Origin: Phoronis australis
Lineage: Eukaryota > Animalia > Phoronida
NCBI GenBank assembly: GCA_002633005.1
Contig: NMRA01000083.1
Span: 136,896 to 200,895 of the forward strand
Direction: 5' to 3'
Length of the DNA: 64,000 nt
Shown piece by piece: positions 40,101-54,179 of the stretch; positions within the stretch are counted from its first letter, which is position 1; the number at the start of each line of letters is the position of its first letter. A model generated the notes under the pieces. It had not been told where the DNA came from. It searched no databases and saw only the letters and a list, made by a program, of their open reading frames with translations. A program made the position numbers and the translations under genes.

Positions 40101-43100
40101 ACATTGAAATACACACAGCACGCTAGTCAACACTGAAATACACACAGCACGCTAGTCAACACTGAAATACACACAGCACGCTAGTCAACACTGAAATACA
40201 CACAGCACGCTAGTCAACACTGAAATACACACAGCACGCTAGTCAACACTGAAATACACACAGCACGCTAGTCAACACTGAAATACACACAGCACGCTAG
40301 TCAACACTGAAATACACACAGCACGCTAGTCAACACTGAAATACACACAGCACGCTAGTCAACACTGAAATACACACAGCACGCTAGTCAACACTGAAAT
40401 ACCCAAAACTTAAAGAGCTCAGTATTATTCAGTGAACAATGTGTTCACCCATAGTGAACTATGTGTTCACCCATACTCGAAAAACTTGTTCAAGGACAAA
40501 CTATGCCATACAGCACAATTATAAACTTTAGCAATTCAATGGCTAATTGTTGACAATCTACAAAGTGCCAGAAACTGCAGATATTTTGTTCAACAGTTCG
40601 CTTCAAATCAGTAAACGCTCAATACCTTCATGCAGCTCAGTTCGCAGTTTGTCCGTATCCTCAGATAGTGCCCTCTTCTGGGTATCTAATACAGCCACAT
40701 ACATCTCAAGATCGGTCCGTGATGACTTCTCTGCTTTTAATGTTGTACTCAACTCCTTAAGCTGAAAACACAAAAACATACCCAGAACATCACGTCTAAA
40801 ATCCATTGGTTTATTTACGCCAACCTCTAGCCTATTCATATTGGCAAAATTTTGGTTAGTCATTTCTCCAGCCATCTTCAGGTGTTATGACGTTCCCTGA
40901 AGAACAAACCTGTCTGTGGTACACCCTCGGTAGTCAACCAACAATACTTTTCAAAATTTTGTAACTTTTTCTTGTAGCAAAGTGGGATTTAAACTGAGGA
41001 CCTTTTGTCAGTCAGTCCAGCACTCTAACTACTACACGACGAAGTCTTTCTAAACGTGATTTTAAACAGTCTTGTGGTTAGAGCGACAGATTGTCAACCA
41101 AATGTCCTCAGTGCTGATGACCATGAGTGTCAAATATATCCAATGCTCATTCTTCTAAGAACGCAATAACACCTAAAAATGGAAGAAGAAACCATCGCCC
41201 AAAACCTTATGCCAATGTATAAAGACTAAAGAGTGGTGTACACAGACTGAAAGATTTTAGAATTGATGTTAATACATCACTGCCTCAAAGTGGTTTTAAC
41301 TGAGTTGGAGGACTGGTTACATAAGTGGCTAGAATTAAATCTTTACAAAATTCTACTTTAGAAAGGCATAAATCAGTACATTTCATGAGTCAGGCTGACC
41401 AAACAGCCAACACTAGCTCTCCGCTCACCTTATCTTCCACTTCTTCAGGGCTTAAATCAGCAGTTAAACTGTCTTTACTCGGAGAATTCCGCATCGACCC
41501 GGATTTTTTCTGCAAAATAGTGAAGGAAATAAGACTTTGGGCACATCAAGAAAAACTGAGAAATAGTAAAATCTCATGAGTCATTTCTTAATGTTCATCA
41601 CACGGTATTAAAGCAAATTAATTCCTCGTTGTTTCAACATTTGTATGAAAAGCACAAATACTTTAGCATCAAATTTGCTTTTCTGGGAATCTAAAACTAT
41701 TACTTGTGACCCCAGCATGTCTAAATCCATGTCACTATTCACAGCTCCTGCACAGCTGCAATCACTGAACAGTAGTGACAGGGCTGAGGGGGCAGGGTCA
41801 ACAGTACACCGGTGACATCGTTTGGTACAAGCACGTACTAACCCCCACAGCCACAACATGGTACAGAGAGAACCCTCTATCTGATAACAGCAACTAACAC
41901 TAAATCACACATACGGGTAGTCTTAGCCTGTGATATCTAGTAAGAGATAAAGTAAGGAGTAATGTGTGTACAATATTTATCAGTCAACTATGACCTTTGA
42001 CACCCAAATATTGAACCATTAACCTCAGGTACAACATGGCGGCAAAGACCACAAGAGAGGAGTGTACTGACATGCGCTTTGATGTTTCTGATGCCTCCTA
42101 AGGTACCAAACTGTCTCCCTCTTTGTTTTCTTTGTTTGGGAATGATTTGGAATGAGAGTTGCAAAATTCTGGCGTTTCATTATGTAATATGTTGCACCTT
42201 TTTTATGGCTCTTTGTTGCAGATGATGTAATTTTGTTTTTGATTATACCTGAGAAATTGCCATGACTCATTAATCAAGTAGATCTTTAATGCATGGAATG
42301 GAAATTAGTTTTTAATGTTTGCAAAACAAAAATTGTAGTATTTCTAACGGGTGGAAAATAACGTAACTAAGAGAAGTGGAAAATAACTATGAGAAGTAGA
42401 CTTTAAACATTGAGAAAATTTTAGTAAAATCGAGTTATTAACTTTTAGGTACACATTTTCAGCATTTACTTCAGGGTGCAAAACTCAAGAACATTTGGTA
42501 GATAAAACTTCTGAAGTATAGTTAATTTTGAATGAAAAAGCGTGTCACAATTTTTCGCCTGTCACCTGGTTACAACTTTTTGACTAAATTACGATTCAGA
42601 AATTTGGGGGGTTTCCCTCTGCACTGGATATGAAAGTTGCGCATAATAAATTCTGCAAGCTTATACTTGGTTTATTGAGAAATATACCGAATGTTGCAAC
42701 AAGAGTGACAATGGCAAGCGTATTATGAGATGACTAAAGTATGTTGTAAAATATTGACTGAAGTCATTGAAATTTGATGACTCGCGGTAACTGAGCTACA
42801 CTGTGGAACTTGCAGAAAAAGGATACAACTATTGGTGGCTAGATGTAAAAAGCTTGTTACATAGAATAAGTTTTAGTTTTATATGGGAATGTCAGGGCGC
42901 TGGTGATGAGTTGACCTTTTTGAGGAAATTTAAGCAAAGGGTGTTTAGATAATGATTTTAGTAAACTCAACAGTTACAGGCTTTAAAAATTGATCTTATA
43001 TAGAAGAGTACAAACTGCAAAAAACATTTATCTGTTGTTGCTAAATTAAGATATGTAAATTATCTATTGAAGAATGAAAGAGCGTTATAGTACAGCATAT

Positions 43101-46100
43101 TCTATAAAAGTCTAGTCGTAGTTGAAGAAGAATACAATAAATAAATGTCCAAGGTTTGAAAACACCCAAATTCTACAATTATTGATCCATAACATTTCGA
43201 AATTAGTCCGATATTTATTACGTTCCCTTGCGACAAGAGAAAGGCTTACAGATTAAAGTATTAATTTTAACTATATATCTGAAACTCTGTCATATTTGGA
43301 CACTGCTGCTGCTTAATAGAATGAAATTTAAGGGCAAAGGTAGTCTTGATTCTGTCAACAAAATTGTTATTATTAATATTAATATATTACCATCTGGTAA
43401 AAGTAAGTGAGTCTAGAAGAGGAATTATACGGTCATAGACATAAAAGTAATCTAAATAAGTCTGGGGTCACTTAACAGAGAAACAGAGAGGTTGGCCCTC
43501 CATCCTAATGGCCATGATTGCACGTCATGCAAAACAATCTCAAATATGGCAGCAATAATAGTTCATTGTGTTTCTATGAACAAGGCCTGTGACACCATAC
43601 AATAGAACTCCCACAATTTCACAATGTTTACTGAAAAAAGTAAACATGACAAAAGTGTAACACCATAGCCATTGTGAGGTTCAATCTCACCAGTGTTAGA
43701 AAACGACACACTACTGAGGAACACAATAACTAGCCTATTCGGAAAATAAAATCTACATTTATTTAAATCCATTCTTCTTTAACCAACCAGTACAATAAAT
43801 GGTATATTCAAAGGAGATGATTCCCCACAGGTCAAGTCACTTTTGCAATGCACGTTACTGAGTAGTCACTATCTCTGATTCTTGATGCGACTGACTTGAA
43901 TAGTATCTATCACGACATTTCATCGTCTCCAAAAATGACTGACAACAAAACAAACTGCTGGACGAACTGCGCAAATTTCTCATTACAAATTGTCACTGTA
44001 TTATGCAGGAGTACGTAGCGAATAACTGGCAGTAACTAGACAGTGGACGATGAACACTGCAGAGCATATCATAACATAACACATGTAAGGACAGACATAC
44101 AATAACTTGTACTATTGAACGACAGAACAGAAAATGGTTTGATGTATTGAACAGGGCTTTCCCTGCATGAGGTGCAGTAGCAATGCTGGCTTGTATGACA
44201 AAGGACTAGAGGCAGCTATGTGGCACAATATGGAGCGAGCAAAGCAAAACAGTTAATGTGATACAAGGCGTTGTGTTTTATCAGAAATAACAGAATGAAT
44301 CACGACACGTGCAGAAACATAAGGAAGTAAAATAGCGTATGTTTGTCAAAACCCAAAATATATTTGATCGTTCGGCTTTGGAGTTGTCACATCCAAAGTC
44401 AAAATTGAACAATTGAAAGTGTAAAAAAGTGTATGATTGGTCCTTGTTGATCACAAATTACGGAGCATCACAGCACCATCACTCAATCAGCAAATGGCAC
44501 ATCACGAAGCTTAAAAATTGTCAAAGGAAGTGGTCTTTTGCTACAAAATTGAATGAACACTTCATTGCACTTTGATGTAAATAAATATCTCTCAACAATA
44601 AACTACTTTAATGAGAAATTTATTCAGAAATAGATACTTTCACTTAAATCATGGGTACAAGACTAGTGATAGAATCATAGTCACCTCCATCTGATAACCA
44701 GAGAGAAGTTGACCAGAGGCACTCTTTCATAACTTAAAAACAGTCTGCTCACCACACTTTCATACTGCTGCAATTTGGCATCTGTCTCTCTCAACTTCTG
44801 TTTCAGAGCTTTCACTTCTTCCTCCAGGGGGAGCACTACTGACCTCAGCACTTCTGCATCTTCTTGTGCCTGCAATAGATGTCAGCAGTGACAAGGTTAC
44901 TTTCACCATGAACCGATGCCACTGTAAAAGTTGAGTTAGAGTACATAGGTTCAGGTCCATAAATAATGTTAATCAATTTAAGAAAATTTTGTGAATAACA
45001 GAAATAACGCAGCAAGGGCAAAATGAATCTGTTAACAAGTCTTAATTTCTAGAGAAAATATTAAGACAAATAATATGTTATGCTCAATTAATATCAACAT
45101 TACACACATAACAGAAGCAAGGAACATAAAGCAGAAGAAAAGCTGGAATGAAGTCAAAGAATGAATAATAAATCAGCAGATAAGCAGTAAAGGTTGCAGA
45201 CACAGAACATTCAGAAGTTAAAAGCTCAAATGTAGATCAAACTATGGGTCTGTTTTGAACATCAGCAAAGACAGCAATTGTGCAATACCAGAAGGGCATT
45301 TCTATGCTGCAACTATGCACATTCATACCAAAAAAATTGGGTAAAAAGACTAGTATTGTGAAAAGGTGCATGGCTGAATTTCAGTTCATGTGACACCGCA
45401 GCCAAAGTTCTCATGAACAACGGTGACTTCAAAATGTATGACTGTCTTCACTTCTAAGCCTACAAGTACTTGTCATATGTGCTTTGCAATGAAGCTTTGG
45501 ATGCAATTCGGTATCCTATCGCTGTTTTCTCCAATTTTTATATCATAACTAACATTCAAGCCATATTTAACACACTGATAGCGAACATAAACATGTAAAT
45601 CAGTATTTCTAAGATATACAACACGACCAAAGAAGATAAGAAATTGCCAATACAATACCTGTCCATCTGCGTAGCTGATATCAGGTGATACGAACACAAC
45701 AGCACAAGGTTAGTTGCTTACCAGTACCTTTCTAAAGCTGTCTTCTAAGTTCTCTGGCTCCTGGTCCTGACCGGTGATTCCTCGGACACGCTTTAAGGAC
45801 TTGGAAACGGTCGAGAGAAAGCTGGGGCTACAATTAAAATAAAGTACTATGAGAATAGGAAACATTCAATTTGGTACAACTCATTTACGACCTTGCTGTC
45901 TTTTTTCAATGCTGCTGCACTCAAGTGAAAAGTATTGTTTTCCGTAATAATAGTAATAATGATAATAATAATTATTATATTATTATTATATCACTAATAA
46001 TTATAATAATATCACTAGTAACAATAATTATAATAATATCACTAATAATAATAATTATTATTATAATATCACTAATAATAATATCACGAATAATAATAAT

Positions 46101-49100
46101 ATCACTAATAATAATATCACGAATAATAATATCACTAATAATAATATCACTAATAATAGTAATATATAGAACATATTTTTCAACTGGGCTATCAAGTTTT
46201 CTGAACAGCTTATAAAAATTTCCTCATACTGTTCACATGTCACCCATTTAGCTGTGATGACACCGGATGTTTACGAGTGAATAACAGCCCCACAATGCAT
46301 TAGAAAAACAACAGCAGCCCCTTGATGAAATCACCCAAATGATAGTGGCCTGCATTTCATGAAACTAGTCTTCAGTCTTAAGTTTGACATTTGACAGTTG
46401 AAGCGACAACCACATCGTTCAGCAAGTGTAACGTTATGCCAACAGGCAAGTTTCTACCAAGCATATGACTTCCAAGAAATGAAGCATGGTTTTAGCAAGC
46501 AGTTAACATTTTCAGTAATTTTCCTATTATATAATGCAAGGAAGATGTCATTATTCATTAATAACCTTGGCTGCAATCACACAAATCCACATAGGACAAC
46601 GCTCAATCTAACGTTAACCAAAAGTTTTCAACAAAAGCAGAATTGAGCACAATTGAGAAAATTATCTGGAAAACATGTGACAAAGCTGAGGAACTTGAAT
46701 GTCAATGTACATTTACAAAACCCAAAATTTCAACAGAGCCTACTCTTGTACAGACTGTGCGCATTAACAATTATTTTGCTTCCTCAAATCACTAAAGAAT
46801 TTCATCCGACTGGTAAGACACTGACCTTTTGAAGTTCGTGAGTTCACAGTCACGTGGCTTCAACATACTAATGTTTTTGACTCTACTAGGAGAAGAGTTT
46901 TGACAAAACTGAAAAACTGAAGTAGACTGAAGATTAATGTCACGACTGGTGTGAGAGGGGTTGTAATGAGCGCCCTCTGTGATGACAGAGCAATCATCAC
47001 AGCCTGTAACGTCAGCAGTGACGGCAAATCACCAATCTACTTCCGTTTGAAAAAGGTCTTCACTTCACAATACTGCCTGAAGCAGTTCAGAATCTATGAA
47101 TAAATGTTTTGATGTCACCAGTTCTGTGGAAAATCTCGAAAATAAACATTTTTAAACAAAAGTAATTAGTGCAAGTCAACCATTATTACGAAAATAAAGT
47201 AAAAAATGTCTGACATAATTGTGGTGACTATTTTTAGCATCTATTGATAGTTTGGTCATCAGTGACCTAAGTGTTCTAAACATTATCTATCGATAATTAG
47301 GTATCACACTAAAGTGTTTAACTCAACAGTTTTGTAAAACAATAAATTTTGTTAACTACATCTAAATGCCAAAATTTCTCTTAAAATTCATTATGAAAAC
47401 CCCGTGTCACAAATGTAATGTTTATGCCATGAACCATTTGTTTCGTGATATGGCACAACTGAAAAGATCTCGCATGGAACATTCAAATGTCACATGTGAG
47501 AATGCAATGGTCCATGTGAGAAATGACATTTGTCACATGGAGCATGAGTTTTTGAAAGTTAATTACAGATAATTAAAAAAATCCTTTCAGCAAAGTAAAT
47601 ATTGAAATGAAATCACAACTAAAAAGCTATTGAAATGAAATCACAAATAAAAAAGCTATCTATTGCACCCACTTTCAATTGAATTGAGCAAAATAAGCAA
47701 AATATTTTGAGACTGTGCAAATCTCATATTATTTTTGAATGCGTTTTATTACAGTCGAAAATTTTAACATTGTGTAGAAATCAACTCAATTGTAAACTCA
47801 TGAACCTTAGTAGATCAGTTTGTTTCATGTCGGCATTCAAACAAATCACTACTCCCACATAGATTATGCATAATTTGATATTTTTATTTAGAAACACATG
47901 CCTCACTTTGAGGAAGCAGACATCGTTGTTATCCCTAAGTGTATGTACAATGACACATGGGGTTCAGATACCTATAAAGCATTACCTATCTCTGGGTTGG
48001 TTGCGCAGTTCGTTCATTTGATGCAAAAGCCTCTTGTTCATGTCCATCAACTTAGACTTTTCCAGCTCGTACTTGGCAGCTGTCGATGTACTTGCTTCGT
48101 CAGCAGCAGCTACAGTGGAGAGAGAAATTATGGTACACAACAAGTGAACTGGTCTATGAACATTACCAAAAAAACATAAAGTAGTTGACATCGCTCATTA
48201 CATGCACTATCCCCAGTCCAATTTCACGTCATTCTTTGGGGGTATTGAGATTACTCTGATAAGCAGGCAGCATACATAAGTCAAGGTGCACCATCATGTT
48301 ATTCAGGCAGGTTACACAAAAGAGGTTGGGACAGATCAACAAAGGAACAACAATGCGCATTATTTCTCTTTAATTTGTTCTGTTGTAGTTATCCAAATTT
48401 TTGCCATTCAAATAATGCAGAAGTTCAATTTTCAATGACAGATTTAGGTTTTATGGTCTACAGTGTCTAGAACAGTTGGGGAAAAAATGTTGTCACGAAC
48501 AGGCAGCGATTACCACCGATAGCCACCTCCATTCCCTAATACCCAAACAAATGGAGACGGTCATATAATTGAAGGCGCCGTGGTAACTGCCTATTGTAAT
48601 TCCAACTAGTGACAACTATTCATAGTTGCTGATTGGGAAATGCGAAGTAACACATAATGTGAATTCACGTATTCATACTGATTTAAGTGGAACATAGTAT
48701 TAGTCAAAGATTAGTTTGAATATATTGAAACAACCGCTTGGGTTCCTCGCATCTTGTACTTCTGAGCAAGTTTTCGCACAGGCCTGCACTTTTTTCCGCC
48801 AAGTCAGATGGTGCTGGGGCATGATGCCTACATCCAGCATTGTCAAGTAGCAGGTTGACTTCAAAACAGCCACAAACCAACCAGGGGATACAACAAGTTT
48901 ATCACAACCCTGGGAACTAGGACTAACCCTAGGTCTGTCCTTGAAATTCAACTTAGAAATTGACTACTGGCATGCTGCGCTTTGAGTAAACTTACAAATT
49001 TGTTCTCAAATTATGTGACACTTGGCTATATTTCTGAGTTTGGAAATTGGTGAGTTGTGGGTGAACTTGTGGTATATGCAGAATGTAAACTGAATTGAAG

Positions 49101-51194
49101 ACCTGCACCAAGAATACTTATTAACTCAGGAAGACAAAACAAAATGGCAGAAACCGAGGGTCGCTTACCTGACAAAGTGTGCGCACAACAGATTTGCACT
49201 ATACATGCATAACCTAACTAACATGTCAATGCAGGCACATGAGGGCAAAGGTTTACTGCAATGTAGGAGTTCAGAAACATTTGCAATCTCATCCTGGAAC
49301 CCCATTTTAATAACAAAAGATGAATACCAGTAAATAATTTTAATCCAAATTGAAAAGTGGTAGGTTTCATAAAGACATTGTTTTGGGGATTTAAATTAAA
49401 AATTTCTCGAGTTAAAAGAGACTTTAAAGATTCAGCTTTTTAAAAAAACTTGGAGTATGGTAGACTGGACAATGTGGATAAGTTTGGCTTAGGTCAACGA
49501 GACAGAAATTTTAAGGGGCAGACAATGTCAACCAAACATTTTTGTCTTCCAAATGATTTCATGCTCTACTTATTACATATAATTTCTTCGGATATGACCT
49601 GAATTAAATTAGTTTTACTGGAACATTTATACATTTACCATAGAAAATAAAATTGAACACAAATGTCAAAATGAATGATTTTAGTCTAGAAAGAGCCAAA
49701 AGCGTTATAACATGTTAGAAATCGATAAAGAAACTCTTGGAAATACTTTTAACTTCCTTCTACGCCACGCTGCCGTCTCATTGAACACTGACATACCTTC
49801 CATAATGCTATGTAGCGAGGCCATCTCTTCTTCATACACCTTGTGCACTCGCTCAATCTCATCAAACTTCCCTTGCTCCNGCCGATTTGACGGATGACAA
49901 TGAATGAACACAATGAAATTAACAACGTCGTTTTACAGCTTGTAAGATTCATAATAAACGTATTTTGAATATTGCAATGCATGTGTTCCAAAATCTAAAT
50001 AACTTGGGTCCTATATTTTTGTATTAGTGCGCGCCGAATGAAAGTAATCGTGAGTGTTGCTGTGTTGCAAAATCTCTTATCCTGGGCCCATTTGAAAAAT
50101 TCAAAGTTTTACTCATATTTGTTTTCGCTGCTCTTTTCAAATATTACAGTAAAAACTACGTAAAACTCTCTCCATAAAAAGTACAGTCTGCTAGCTAGAT
50201 TGTAATCAGTTGATCATATCCGCATGAGCGAAGCCAATTATCCTCGCTCGTGACTCGATGACTAGAGCAGCTTGGCGGCATCCCTTTGATCGTGAGCCGA
50301 GCGCGACTCAGTCAAGGTGGATAAATACGGTCTAGTTCAATTTTCCATACCCCACCGTTTACCTTAACCACTGGGGTTAGAACCAATCTTATTTAGTGGG
50401 AATGTTCATAGCATGGTGTATACTCAACATTGTTTATTATTCTCCACATCTTTTCCTTAATTTACTTAATTTCTCCTGTACTTTCTCTCACTTAAAACTA
50501 ATCTGAGCACTAAGACCAGCCCCAGTACTCAGCATTAACATCACACTACAGCCACTATACGTCACCAATGTCCATCGATTAGGTTACCGTTCACGATCAA
50601 CCAGATCAGATGACAATAACGATGAATAATAATAACAACATTGCAGACTGAAGTGAATGGAGTTCATTGATTGCTTCAACAGAATGGGCACTAACTGGAT
50701 TCATCAGTTATAGCAAGTTGAAGTTTACGATTTTGATTTGACTTTTTAGTATTGTCTGCAGCTTTAGGGGTTATTCAACTGACTCAAAAGCTTCCTGTGT
50801 ATCATGTATGCCACTGCGTTTTCTTATTATTTATGCACGGGGAAATTATTGTATCACCAATCACACTATAAAAGCCACGGGTTTCACAAGAGCATCTATC
50901 AGTGGCGAACTAGTTCGTTTGACGGCAAATCTGCATGTCCTACTGTTAGACACAGTGTCGAGTTCGGCGAGTGTCTGTCACTGTCAGACTCGTCAGGGAC
51001 CAAACCCCAAGCACGGAATATCAAAATGCACAGCACAGCACAAATTTACTATAACATGATTTGACAGATACCTTCAGATTCCATTGCAGAACTGGTGTGG
51101 AGAACAATTTTTTATATTAGTTGCCTAGTAGATTCCAATAAAGTACGTCTTTTGCTAACTGAGAAGGTGAAGATTGATTTTCCATGTCCGCCAT
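13199..51194 (-). CDS. RABEP1: Rab GTPase-binding effector protein 1 (Rabaptin-5) with C-terminal FYVE zinc finger; incomplete at the N break 49880
   Basis: Minus-strand exons in order: putative first exon 51194-51147 (MADMENQSSPSQLAKD, uncertain), 49879-49797 (cut by N; EEEMASLHSIME), 48109-47986, 45827-45728, 44869-44753 (AQEDAEVLRSVVLPLEEEVKALKQKL), 41509-41429, 40761-40626 (AEKSSRTDLEMYVAVLDTQK; duplicate at 38998-38863), 37977-37819 (TWQMANDQFLESQR), 37287-37160, 36716-36482, 36053-35926 (RMVSEKEWLMLQQE), 33357-33136 (CDMCSNYEAQL), 32609-32511, 31857-31819, 30204-30103, 17113-16924 (LKYREEII...LKSEIMFLKDQ), 16296-16130, 15211-15095 (LDNSEAVQRDFVKLSQSLQ), 14332-14222 (VQLEKIRQAETEVRWQHEDDIEDCTSCKQPFTVTRRK), 13366-13199 (HHCRHCGKIFCAEC...KVCDVC...PD*). 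Phases are consistent from 49797 to the stop; motifs match the Rabaptin-5 family. Confidence 0.92.
14757..14965. repeat. About 59-bp tandem repeat, about 3.5 copies
   Basis: ACAACACAACCACTCACAGACTGTACATGAACATCATAAGTCCTACAGAACCCTCTGTG repeated. Confidence 0.9.
15760..16115. repeat. AC-rich degenerate minisatellite
   Basis: Variants of ACACACCAACAGACA(C/T)GACACC; explains the low-complexity ORFs here. Confidence 0.9.
19877..19971. mobile_element. About 100-bp palindromic MITE family member
   Basis: AATAGTCTGATATAACGTGCC ... GGCACGTTATATCAGACTATT perfect 21-bp arms; relatives at about 2297-2400, 32384-32490, 53787-53891 and 55500-55603. Confidence 0.7.
24573..28323 (+). CDS. Leucine-rich repeat protein (about 616 aa; acidic/Ser-rich N-terminal half, about 11 C-terminal 23-aa LRRs), nested antisense in a RABEP1 intron
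   Basis: Coding exon 24573-24815 (81 codons, ends ...EEEEDSK at donor GTACGG, phase 0) joins acceptor TTGCAG to 26716-28323 (phase 0, 1608 nt open). Repeats such as LQHLDISRNILRRLPPSIKNLTNLRYINLSKNSFGIFPEVLCAITSLEVLDVSFNQLTRVPDSI fit LxxLxLxxNxLxxLPxxI. Likely upstream acceptor at 24407-24408 and AATAAA at 29027-29032. Confidence 0.85.
25455..25536. repeat. 26-bp tandem repeat x3 within the LRR gene intron
   Basis: GTTTTGTGAATGGCTGGAAGCCTATA x3. Confidence 0.9.
30876..31303. mobile_element. Non-autonomous TIR element, Kolobok-like (TTAA at left end); related fragment from about 33598
   Basis: Left TTAA-GATTACGTAGGACC, right GGTCCTACATAACC (inverted). Sequence from 33598 (TTAAGGTTGTGTAGAACC...GAAACTTTCAG) resembles the reverse complement of its right arm. 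Confidence 0.5.
32384..32490. mobile_element. About 105-bp palindromic MITE family member
   Basis: AATAGTCTGATATAACGAGCCTGCATTTTGAGAACCA ... TGGTTCTCAAAATGCAGGCACATTATACCATACTATT. Confidence 0.7.
33512..33571 (-). mobile_element. tRNA-derived SINE head / tRNA-like relic
   Basis: Minus strand TGGTCTCCGGTAGCAGAGCGTTAGACTGCAATGGCCAGATTGAAGGTTCGATTCCACAC with B-box GGTTCGATTCC; no complete cloverleaf. Similar relics at about 3180-3240 and 39218-39278. Confidence 0.4.
38031..38639. repeat. 29-bp minisatellite, 21 units
   Basis: Unit ACACAGCACGCTAGTCAACA(T/C)TGAAATAC; 17 T-type then 4 C-type units, no spacers. Confidence 0.97.
38863..38998 (-). CDS. RABEP1: Second copy of a 136-nt RABEP1 exon (probable alternate haplotype duplicated at an assembly join)
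   Basis: Same coding sequence as 40626-40761 (LKELSTTLKAEKSSRTDLEMYVAVLDTQKRALSEDTDKLRTELHE); flanks about 38640-39567 match 40403-41331; N at 40017. Confidence 0.8.
40018..40402. repeat. 29-bp minisatellite, second copy (13 full units, truncated by N)
   Basis: Same unit; 3 T-type then 10 C-type units. Confidence 0.97.
42280..43300 (+). mobile_element. Highly decayed LINE reverse-transcriptase C-terminal region (RTE-X/L2-group-like)
   Basis: Fragmentary translations KTKIVVFLTGG, SEIWG, HNKFCKLILGL and PNVA in the expected order, with many stops and frameshifts. Confidence 0.65.
45943..46165. repeat. (AAT)n-derived compound microsatellite
   Basis: AAT runs punctuated by ATCACT/ATCACG. Confidence 0.92.
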
Positions 51195-53213
51195 GTTTGC
51201 TCTAATTTAAGCCCCTTGTGCTAGATAAAATCAGTTGTAATTGATCATGATCCTGCTGCGTCATCGTAACCTGTCACGTACTGCTACTATTATTTGAAAA
51301 GTCAATTTTTTTGCAATCATCGTAGCATTTTTTGATATATAATTCCACAGAAAGGCAAATGAACGTTCAGTCTTTTTGCACTGTGCGCCATCTATTGAAT
51401 GCAACGAACAACTAATACTGGCAAAAGCCATAACTGGACAGTTAGGCCTAACAAAAAAATTCATGAAAGTTTCTTAAGCAATCAGACGATCTGAGTCCTC
51501 CAATACCTGAAATTTTCATATCATAAGAACATTAAGAAAACTACAACAATGTTATATTTTGGTTTTATTTTTGATGACAAAAATGAAGTACAAAAAGTCA
51601 GTAACATTCAATGAATATGAGAGTACACAGCTGAGAAAAGGCAATCATGCTGTCCAGCCAAGCAAACCTAAAGTGACAAATTCACAATTTCTTCATACAA
51701 CCTTCCACAACATGAAAAAATAGAACTATTGAGCACGCATCTAACTTTGTTGAATATAGTAAATTGTTTAAAGTGGCTACAAACCCACCTTCAATTAAAG
51801 AAACTGCCATTTGACCATTTAACCAGTATAAAAATTTACGCAACTTGCTCATAACTCAGATGAGAAGGGATTTTTGGTCTTGCAGAGAACTGGAAGTTTG
51901 TAGTTGCTCAAGAAAATGCTCATAGAATAAAATGACACACCGTGACAAGTCATCTCAGTCAATAATGAATTGTCAGGTCTTTCCAAGCCCAGAAATCTAT
52001 TTCGACTAAAGAACAATTCGAGACCAAATTTCGTAATGGTGAGGGGTCTAAATCAAAAGCTGTTTTTATGACAGAAGGTGAAATTAAAGCCACTTCAAAT
52101 GACACAAACCAACATGAAGGCAAAGAAAACTTTTCAGTAGCGTAATCAAATTAGTGACCGTCTCTACTGAAACCTCAATCAAAATAGATGCGAAAACCAG
52201 GCTTAATAAGCTGATGCAATTCAAAAAGGCACACCAATGCATTTTATTCACCATTTGTCACGAGGAGTTGATTAGACACAAAAATAGAAAAGATGATTAG
52301 ATTGACATTTCCTCTTCATATGTCCATCACACACACATTAAGTTACTTCAGGCACTCAGTACTTAAATGTAACCATGACTTTTTTAAGACCTAAAATTAT
52401 CACAGCGACCAACCTAATTCAAAAAGCATGAACAACTAATTGATGTCAGAATCTAATTCAGAAAAAAACTTGCTAAGTCTGTCCAGCAAGGGATGCTGAA
52501 AATTATGTGCTGGAAAAAAACATTCACGGGCACAGCACAATGAAAAAACAATCACATATTTTGTTGAAGCCTCAAACAGCACTAATGCAGGTCAAGCATT
52601 AGTTACAAATTTTAAACAAGAACAAATCAAGTTAGAGGCAGCCAATGTTCCCACTGAATCCAACAGTGAAATGCATCTGCTAAATGGTGTTACTATGAGT
52701 GATCACTATATGTATCAAATAGCAAAAGCTAGGAATCGCAACTCAAAACACGAACCAAAGATGGCGCTGAATGGTGTGGCAACTTCCGTCAGAATGGGTC
52801 AGTCATCAATGCCCTTTAGAAGGAGCCGGGCAGCACAGCAACATCGCGAGAAAATTACAATGAGTTTCCAGGAGTCTTTTATTTATATTTTCCACACCTA
52901 TACCCACAAACATACATATACGTTTGCGTGTGCTTAGTTGAACAAATATTGCTTAAATTGACATTATAAACAGTTAGTAACACATAAAAGGTTGTGTCTA
53001 AACAATGCATTAGCAATACAGGATGCAGCGGGTCCATTCAACGTCTTGCTGGTCAAATGTTCAAAGATGTGGAATGTGCACCACCAAATGAAAGGACAGT
53101 GGTGGAAACATTGTTTATAGTTTCCCACAAATCAAAGCACCACAGATTTCCAATGCCACCAACAAAGAGTCCGGTGCACATACGGGCACAGAGTGATTTA
53201 CATTTTCTTCCGT

Positions 53214-54179
<966 letters not shown>

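Noticed and set aside
38031-40402. 29-bp repeats of CRISPR-like length
   Set aside because: Head-to-tail units with no unique spacers, no cas genes, eukaryotic intron: a minisatellite.
38784-40765. Plus-strand ORFs MLTIYKVPET... present twice
   Set aside because: Antisense shadows of the duplicated RABEP1 exon.
41608-42270. Possible extra RABEP1 cassette exons (ORFs 41608-41859, 42025-42270)
   Set aside because: Candidate acceptors give phase-1 reading, incompatible with the flanking phase-0 exons, which join cleanly; no family motif.
45871-46243. Poly-Ile/Leu hydrophobic ORFs resembling membrane proteins
   Set aside because: Translation of an (AAT)n microsatellite.
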